The notes below the pieces were generated by a model. The model saw only the letters and a list, made by a program, of their open reading frames with translations. It was not told where the DNA came from and ran no database searches. 44,890 nucleotides of DNA, from positions 1 to 44,890 of the forward strand of contig JAUCBJ010006770.1 in the NCBI GenBank assembly GCA_032718475.1, given 5' to 3'. A program made the position numbers and the translations under genes. Of the stretch, positions 37,160 through 44,890 are shown in pieces (the stretch's first letter is position 1; each line of letters starts with the position of its first letter). This DNA is from Nemertoderma westbladi. Its lineage: Eukaryota; Animalia; Xenacoelomorpha.

Positions 37160-37700
37160 CTAACGCAAGAAAAAAGATGATACTATCTACTGATCAATTT
37201 ACTCATTATCCAAAATTTGGTACACAACAATTTTCACCCACCGGCGAAAAATACAAGTTTGAAAACTCTTATGAAATTTTCACTGATTCCATTGAATTCA
37301 GAACCCTAACAAACCCGTATAACGCAAGAAACAAGATGACACAATCAATTGATATATTTGATGGTTTTCAAAATTTGGTGCTAGCACCAAATTCCTATAT
37401 TACTAAAATTCCTATTTTTTTTAATTTATTGAATGTTTTATTGCAAAAAACAAGTTTCAAACAATCAATTTACAAAATTGACATATTTCAAAATTTGGTG
37501 CTGGCAGCAAAATTTGGCACCCGCCGAAAAAAACAAGTTTGAAATTTCTAAATCAATTTATATGAATTCCATCCAATTGCTAACACCAAAAACATCGGTG
37601 TAAATCAAAAATAGAGATGTTACAAATAATATTTAATGAAATGTAATTTTCAAAAAACGTCTCAAAAAAAAGTGCCAAATGTATGGTTAAAAAATGGTGC
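37160..37700. mobile_element. Internally deleted partial copy of the element at 42745-44311
   Basis: Matches ~43384-43614 and ~43878-44130; the two chance ORFs 37177 and 43439/43750 are near-identical. Confidence 0.85.
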
Positions 37701-40467
37701 TAGGGAGATTGTAGGTCCCCTTGGTGCGAATTTAGTTCCCCTCAGTGCGAATATAAAGTTCCCTCAGTGCGAATTTAGTCCCTTGATGCGAAGTTAGGTC
37801 CCCTCTGGGCCTAAATTTGCTTAGAGGGGACCTATGTTCGCAGTTGGGGAACTATATTCATGGGACCTAAATTCAATGGAAATGGTGCAGTACCGCTTAA
37901 AACTACCCATCTGCATCTTACGATACATCCGTATATTACGTTCACAAACCACCATGTTTGTTAAATACCGCGCACAACCTTATTATTACGGCAACACAAC
38001 CTTTGTTTGTTGCCATCACAGCCTGACAACACTTTTAGCAATAATTTATTGTTATACAGCACAGCAAGATGACACCTTAAGTTAAAACTTTCACCCCCCC
38101 CCCCCCCCCCCCCAGACTTAGCTATAGCAATTCACAATACCCCAACATTACACATTACTAGCTACCATAAAATTTTGCATCTTACTTAACAAGGATGCTT
38201 CAATTACGTCCATTGACCAAATTGCAGCAAATGAAAATTTATATAACTCTCCCCATATCAAAATATCAAATTGTTGTAAAAAAATTCTTGCCCCCAGTCA
38301 CCGCCCACAGTTAACTCGATGGCATGGCCTTGTATATAGTACGCCTTGCCTGCCACTTTATTTCATTCCAATTTTCTTTCTCTGACATTTTCCTGATTTT
38401 TTGAAAAATTCCCTGACTGAAGTTTGTATGACTTTCTATCTATATTTGTTAAACAACCGCGACACCTATACTAACAGCAGAACTGTTGAACAGACAAATA
38501 CCCGTATACCTCTCTGCCAACCTAATGAGCTCTCGCCTAACCAATAAGACACAAAGACTGCTCTACTGTTAAGTAAAGGGAATCAGGAGCGTGCTATTAC
38601 TAAATTGTAAAGGTTGCTAAATACAAAACCGCTACTTACCGTTAGATGGCGCTAATCTGCCGTCCGCTAATATATTTTACTAAATTTACACAGCTCCTGC
38701 AAAATCGCTTGTTCCTTTCTCTACCGATCGCTCGATAGAGAGCTAACTGTTCGAATCTATGAGCCACGCGGGAATAACCAAAACAATAAACCCGAGTCGG
38801 CTCCCTAAGCTTACTTAAGACGAGTGCGAGGGGCTTTGCACTCAGAGTATATTCTTACGCCTAATTTTACTACTGTAATACGCCAATGCTTACGTCTTTT
38901 CTAATCGCGAATACTGAGGGTTCCCTAACGAAATGTGTGAATGCGAGAATATTTAAATAAATCAAAATTGGTACAGTACAATGTCTTTCGTGGGTGATAC
39001 CGCTCTGGGTCTAAACTTGCCTGCAGCTGGCTTTAGGCCAGCAACTTACTAGTGTCTTGCGTACTAACTATTGCGATCTAGTTTATTGCCCGCTAATTCA
39101 AATAACCGCTCAACGTGAATAGTTTACGGTACTCTAATTATTACCTTAGCTACTCTCCGCTATGCTGCGTACTAATTCTTAATTTTACTAATTAATTACA
39201 GTCACAAATATGTAACAGCCTAAAATACTGTATTACTTTGACCTAATCAGTAATTATTTACAGTAAACTAAGAGATAGAAATCAATCAAAGGGAAAAGAG
39301 CGCCTATCTAAGCATTCGTAATCTTAGGCACACTTTAGTAACACATCAATCAGAGTCAGCAATCACGGATCACAATAGCACGACTTGCAATTATACAATC
39401 TGCAATTATATAATTCGCAACTTACTTACGTACTTACCCACTTACTTACTTACTGTAAGGTATGCAGGCCCCTCCCGGGTACATCTAGGCTTCCTAACTA
39501 ACCCAATTCCTGCCCCCTAATACTAAATAGAGACAAAACCTTGGATCATCAGCCCCCTAATTACTGTACCGGCGAGCGGTCTCCAACCTACAGTCCAAAT
39601 TGCCCGACCACAACGTTGACCCCCGCCAGCGTTGCCCGCCTTTGAATCCTCCGCTCTCCCTTAGTCGCCCAACCCCCCGATGTGCCCACCGCCTACTGGC
39701 ACCTTAGCCCTCCATTATGCTAATAGCTACCGTAGCGGCGCATGCAAATCACAAAGTCTGACAGTCTCAGAAATCCCTTAGGATTATTGCGCAGAAAGGA
39801 ATCACATAGAACCATTAATCAAAGGTAGAAATCATAGTTCAGTTGTAATTAGCAGTAATCGAAGGAATTAATTGAGAAACACAATCGAAAGTAATCGCAC
39901 TAGCAAATCATTCCAAGAAATTAATCAAATTGCAGAAATACTCTAAAATCCGTCAAAAATGAATAGAGACAGCTCAGCAAGTACAAAGGTGATAGCAGAT
40001 CATGTGAGGGATAACAGTACACAGGTAAGGCTCTACCGGCACACCGCCAATTTATAGGTGATCCGGATGGGGTGATGCAATAGGGTGACTCAATCGCTCT
40101 CCTATTGGCTCTCCAGTCCGTGCTAGCATTAGACCAACCTGGAAGCAGTTAGTCCAATAAGGAGGCCGGATTGTAGCCTTATTGCTTGCCCAAACCTCGA
40201 ATTATTACCATATATGGTAACGGTTCACGTCCCTGGCTGCTGAATGGCCTATGCTAGCCCTATTGATGCTAATATCAGCAAGCACAAAATCCAGGGTCCG
40301 AATAAACTTGCTACCCTGGGACTATCTACATATATCCTAATACAAAATTACGTAGGTAGGGCTACATACTATACAAAATGGATGGATTCAAATATATGGG
40401 TGTTTCGATTTCCCTATCTAAATATCATTGCGTTATTATGCCTTATCTAAAATATTATGCTGCACAA

Positions 40468-40555
40468 CGGACTAATATTACGTACAGTATAATGGACTAA
40501 TATTGCATACTGCATAACGGACTAATATTGCATACTGCATAATGACTAATAATGT
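40468..40555. repeat. Short tandem array, ~25-bp unit GGACTAATATTGCATACTGCATAAC
   Basis: Three to four copies read directly. Confidence 0.7.
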
Positions 40556-41689
40556 GGATACAGCGCCATATACCGTAACAATATTTCTTCTTCTTGGCAA
40601 ATTTTGACTCTATAATAATATTTAGTGATGTGAGGAAACAGAATGACGAGCGAAGTGAGCAAGAGTTTTTTACACATTTTCAATTGACACATTTCCTCTG
40701 TAATAGCTTTTGCGGCAAAAATATATCTTTTTGTGCAATGCGCGATCTACTCTAAACGCAGCAATATCTCAAGGTTGTTGAGAACATATAAACTTACGCC
40801 TTGCTGTGTTTGGTATTGGCATACGACACCGAATTGCCACAAATGCCTTGAAGTTGAACAGAACCCTGGTTTCCCGTTGCCCCCTGTTGTATCCAAACGA
40901 TTCCATATATATTACTACAGTACTATGGCCTTGATAGTATAATTAGAAGTATAAATTTAAATACTGCTGACAACAACTAACAGACAGTAACAGTAACAGT
41001 AAACGATAAAATTGTCTAAATTGATGATATATTAACTTCTATGATGAAATTAAAGCCTGTTGTGTGAAATTCGCCTCTGATTAATGAATTGTTTATGTTA
41101 CATTGTTGTGGTTATTTATATTTTATTATAGGTGCTGTGATCAAAGATAACCGATTCGAAGAGAGTAGGGCGGAAGGTGCAATATTTGTGTTTTTTAGGC
41201 AGGCGCCTTCTCGTTTTGGTGGGGAGAAATAGTAAGTATATTTATCTGTCTGTATTTCACATATTTTATAGGGTGTATGTGTAACAACCGGGAAATCAGG
41301 TAAATCCCGGGAAAAAATCAAACCGGGAAAATAACTAGAAATTCTGGACAAATACTCTGATTAAAACCCCCTGAAAACAACCAGCTCCAATTCATTATGT
41401 TGACCGTTTTGCAAAAAAACAGACAAATTACCCCTATTAATAATATTAGAAAATTCTCAAGAGACCGACTCAACAAATATATGTTAGATAAAAAAAATTA
41501 TTAATCGAGTCGAGTCTCAAATTGAAATGGTAATGGATTATGCAATGAATGGAAATGCGGCAGCTAACAACTTGGTTAGAAGTAAAACCAACGTACTCAA
41601 CTCAGCTTCTTGCTACTTCTTGCCCAACCATACCCATAACCATAACCAACTTGCATGTGTGGGTATAATATCTAATTCCAAACCTAAAA

Positions 41690-44600
41690 ACACTAGACGC
41701 GCCATACGAACTCAACGCATCTAATAATATCACCACGATAGCGCAGGCACTGCCGATCTGGCTGCGCAACAAATGGAGAAAGATTGCCTTCTCCACCCGG
41801 GAGAAGAAAGGTGCAGAACTGGGCCTAGAGGAAATGTCGAACTTCCTCTATTACGAAGCGGAGTTGATCACGGACCCAGTCTAGAGCGAAGATAGTCTGG
41901 GGAAGGGGCCAAAGACCGAATATAACAGGCCGAAACCAGAACATAATGCGGCAAATGCACTACCAAAACTTCGACAATCGCTGCCATATGCGGCAACACA
42001 GGGGACTGCAAGTCCACATGTAGCCGGGGGGAAGGGCCACACCATGGAGTGGACAGGGGCAAAATAACAACGACGAATAAAATTAAAACAAGTATAGGCT
42101 ACAGTGGATTATTATTATGGCTGACAAACACAGCACCATAAATATTATTCATTGTCGGGTATCGATTACCCAAAATCACTTTGCTGAAGCATCTGAAGAA
42201 CCGAGATGGGAGATAACCGCGGTTCGGGGCCGCGGACGGGGCCGCGGACAGGGCCGTCAAGGGGGACGCGGTTACAGACGCGTCGAGAGAGCGCCATACA
42301 GCGCGGCTCGGCGCGGGACATACGGCGCGGGACAGACAAACAGCGCGGCACCTGGAAACGTCGCGGGAGCGCCGAACAGTGAGGAAGCGCCGAATGGCGA
42401 AGAAACGGGAGTGGCCGAAATCGCGGCCACAGATGTGGCCGATAAGGATAAGATGGAATGAAGTCACAAATGCGGCCAATACTGTAGTACTGAAATCCTA
42501 TAAAGTATTTAATTTTCGTATCAGTTTTTTGTCCCCGGTTTCTATGTAGCTTCTGGTTGAATTGTCTCTATTTAAACAATAAACTAAAGATGAGGCCAAG
42601 TAGGATGGCGGTAACAACCATCTCCAGCAAAGATGAGGTCCTGGAGATGAGGATGGGACGGTGCGAGATAGTAGCGATAGCACCGGGATGTGACTATGGG
42701 GCGACCATCGACCCCATCCAGGTAATAGAATCAATCAACATTAACCCTATTAGTACCGTGCTATAAAATGCTGTACAAAAACCGGGGGGGGGGGGTCATA
42801 TTGACCCCTCCCTCTAAAATCTACAAATATTAACGAAAACGTCTGATTTTTTGTGTGTACGTAGGTATCACTAGTCTGGATCCGACCGAAAAAAAAAATT
42901 TTCGAAAAAAAATACTGGGGTGGTAATATTGCAGCACCAAAATTACAAGTAGGGCACAATTTTCACAAAATTTGAAAGTTACATTTTTCTGCTAATTGTT
43001 TTTCAATACAGGTTTTCAGGGGCGCGAAATACATTGGAAAATATTTAAAAATGATATGATTACCATAAATGGCTGTTTAGTCCTCTATGCGTAGGAAAAA
43101 AATGAAAAAAACAAGTAACTAGCACTTTTCGGTTAGAACACAAAATTTTTAATTCACTTATACGATGCTATAAATTTACATTTTCAGGTTTTCTAGGGCG
43201 CTGATTCTAATGGAATACATTTCAAATATGACAGATCATTGCTACTTGTATTTTTCGGCGTAATTTGGCAAATTTTGGTGCTAGCACCAAAATTTCGTAC
43301 CCATCACTAAAAAGTACAAGTTTGCGATGTCCAGTGCTGTTTTTATTGATTCCATCGGATTCAGGACCCTCATAAACCCGTAAAACGCAAGAAACGAGAT
43401 GATACTATCTACTGATCAATTTACTCATTTTCCAAAATTTGGTGCTGGCACAACAATTGTCACCCACCGGCGAAAAATACAAGTTTGAAAACTCTTATGA
43501 AATTTTTACTGCTTCCATTGAATTCAGAACCCTAACAAACCCGTATAACGCAAGAAACAAGATGACACAATCAATTGATATATTTGATGGTTTTCAAAAT
43601 TTGGTGCTAGCACCACATTTTGCACCCACTTCCAAAAAATACAAGTTTGAGATGTCTAGTTCGATAATTATATATTCCATTGAATTCAGAACAGCCATAA
43701 ACCTCTAAAATGCAAGAAATAAATTGTCACAAACAATTTTATCTATTGAATGGATTTTCAAAATTTCGTGCTAGCACCAAAATTTGCACACAGCCCCGAA
43801 AAATACAAGTTTGATACGCTTGGTGCAACTCGTATATATTTCATCGAAACCAGAACCCCAAAAAACCCCAATTGCGTAAAAACAAGTTTCAAACAATCAA
43901 TTTACAAAATTGACATATTTCAAAATTTGGTGCTGGTACCAAAATTTGGCACCCGCCGAAAAAAACAAGTTTGAAATTTCTAAATCAATTTACATGAATT
44001 CCATCCAATTGCTAACACCAAAAAACCGGTGTAAATCAAAAATAGAGATGTTACAATTAATATTTAATGAAATGTAATTTTCAAAAAACGTCTCAAAAAA
44101 AGTACCAAAAGTAGGGTTAAAAAATGGTGCGATAACTCGAAAACTACTCAATATTTTTGAAAACAGTTTTCACTACTATACTAGGATGACAATAGATTTT
44201 TAGGAAAAGTCATAAAATTTCCGATTCCCAACTGCGTTTGTTTCAGAATAATAATAAAAAAACCACGGGGGGGGTCATATTGACCCCCCCCCCCCCCCGG
44301 GTTTAATAGGGTTAATGCCAGGCGACCAACTAACATCGAAGTCGAACAATACAGATTCCTGGACAAAATCGATTTCTCAATACCGGAGGTGGACGTCAGG
44401 AAGGTATCCACAATAGTGGGAATGGATTGCCCGATGGCCCATGAGAGGATACAGACGGTCTTCGGCGAAGACAAACAACGTGATCCGATGGCAGTTCTAA
44501 CACCATTCGGATGGACGCTAAGTGGCCCAATCAAAACCAAAATTCCATTGAGGATGTCGGAGACATCGGGGTGCATGTTTGCGGGAACTATGATGGAGAT

Positions 44601-44890
44601 GGAAGACGAAGGAGCTGAGGAGCAGCTTAAGAGACTGTTGAAGCAGGACTTTGAGGGACTAAAGGAGAGCGGGGTCTGAACCTCGGTAGAGGATAAGCAA
44701 GCAATACAGAGTGTGAAGGAGTCGGTGAGATGCGACGAGGGGCGGTACACCATTGGCAAGGTGTGGAAACAGCCAAAACTACCGCTACCCGAGAACAAGG
44801 GGATGGTACTCACGAGGCTTCGCAAGCTGAAGCAAACGCTGATACGGAGCCCCAAAAAGGATGAGTACATCCATAAGACGATAAAGAAGT
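41690..44890 (+). mobile_element. Degenerate BEL/Pao retrotransposon (gag, protease-RT linker, RT N-terminus), interrupted and running off the window
   Basis: Gag-like LPIWLRNKW/EEMSNFLYYEAELITDP at ~41750-41880; TIVGMD...AVLTPFGWTLSGP at 44410-44530; SVEDKQA...GRYTIGKVWK...LPENKGMVLTRLRKL at 44680-44890. Confidence 0.8.
42745..44311. mobile_element. Non-autonomous piggyBac-type element, 1567 bp, nested in the BEL/Pao element
   Basis: TTAA TSD (42741-42744 and 44312-44315); termini CCCTATTA...TAATAGGG; palindromic GGGGGTCATATTGACCCC(T/C) near both ends; internal tandem units and no transposase. Confidence 0.85.

Noticed and set aside
37177-37542. Repeated short ORFs (also 43439-43974) as a gene family
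   Set aside because: Chance frames within copies of a non-coding piggyBac-type element.
38450-40230. Possible minus-strand LTR-element leader (TGGCGGTGTGCCGG as PBS near 40049)
   Set aside because: I could not assign the tRNA, LTR boundaries or any coding region.

Overview
AT-rich eukaryotic (probably invertebrate) genomic DNA with no complete host gene. It is a dense graveyard of transposon fragments: Pif1/Helitron-type helicase, two BEL/Pao pieces, two Penelope pieces, a LINE ORF1, two tRNA-SINEs, a piggyBac-type non-autonomous element and minisatellites. Embedded in it are relics of unrelated viruses. (1) An apparently full-length ~8.6 kb L-polymerase gene (16595-25222) of a segmented negative-strand RNA virus with arenavirus/nairovirus-like motifs, broken by stops and frameshifts. 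(2) Two copies of a divergent Articulavirales (orthomyxovirus-like) PB1 fragment on the minus strand; the longer runs from motif C (QSSDDF) to a stop, short 3' UTR and poly(A). (3) A Polinton/Maverick-type packaging ATPase fragment joined directly to one PB1 copy. A young, intact Chapaev-type transposon (718-aa transposase, CACAGTG termini, 4-bp TSD) sits in one duplicate, and its empty site survives in the other. The best candidate for an undescribed system is this multi-virus endogenous viral element cluster, possibly a piRNA-cluster-like archive; that function is inference. Family calls rest on remembered motif similarity, not database searches.
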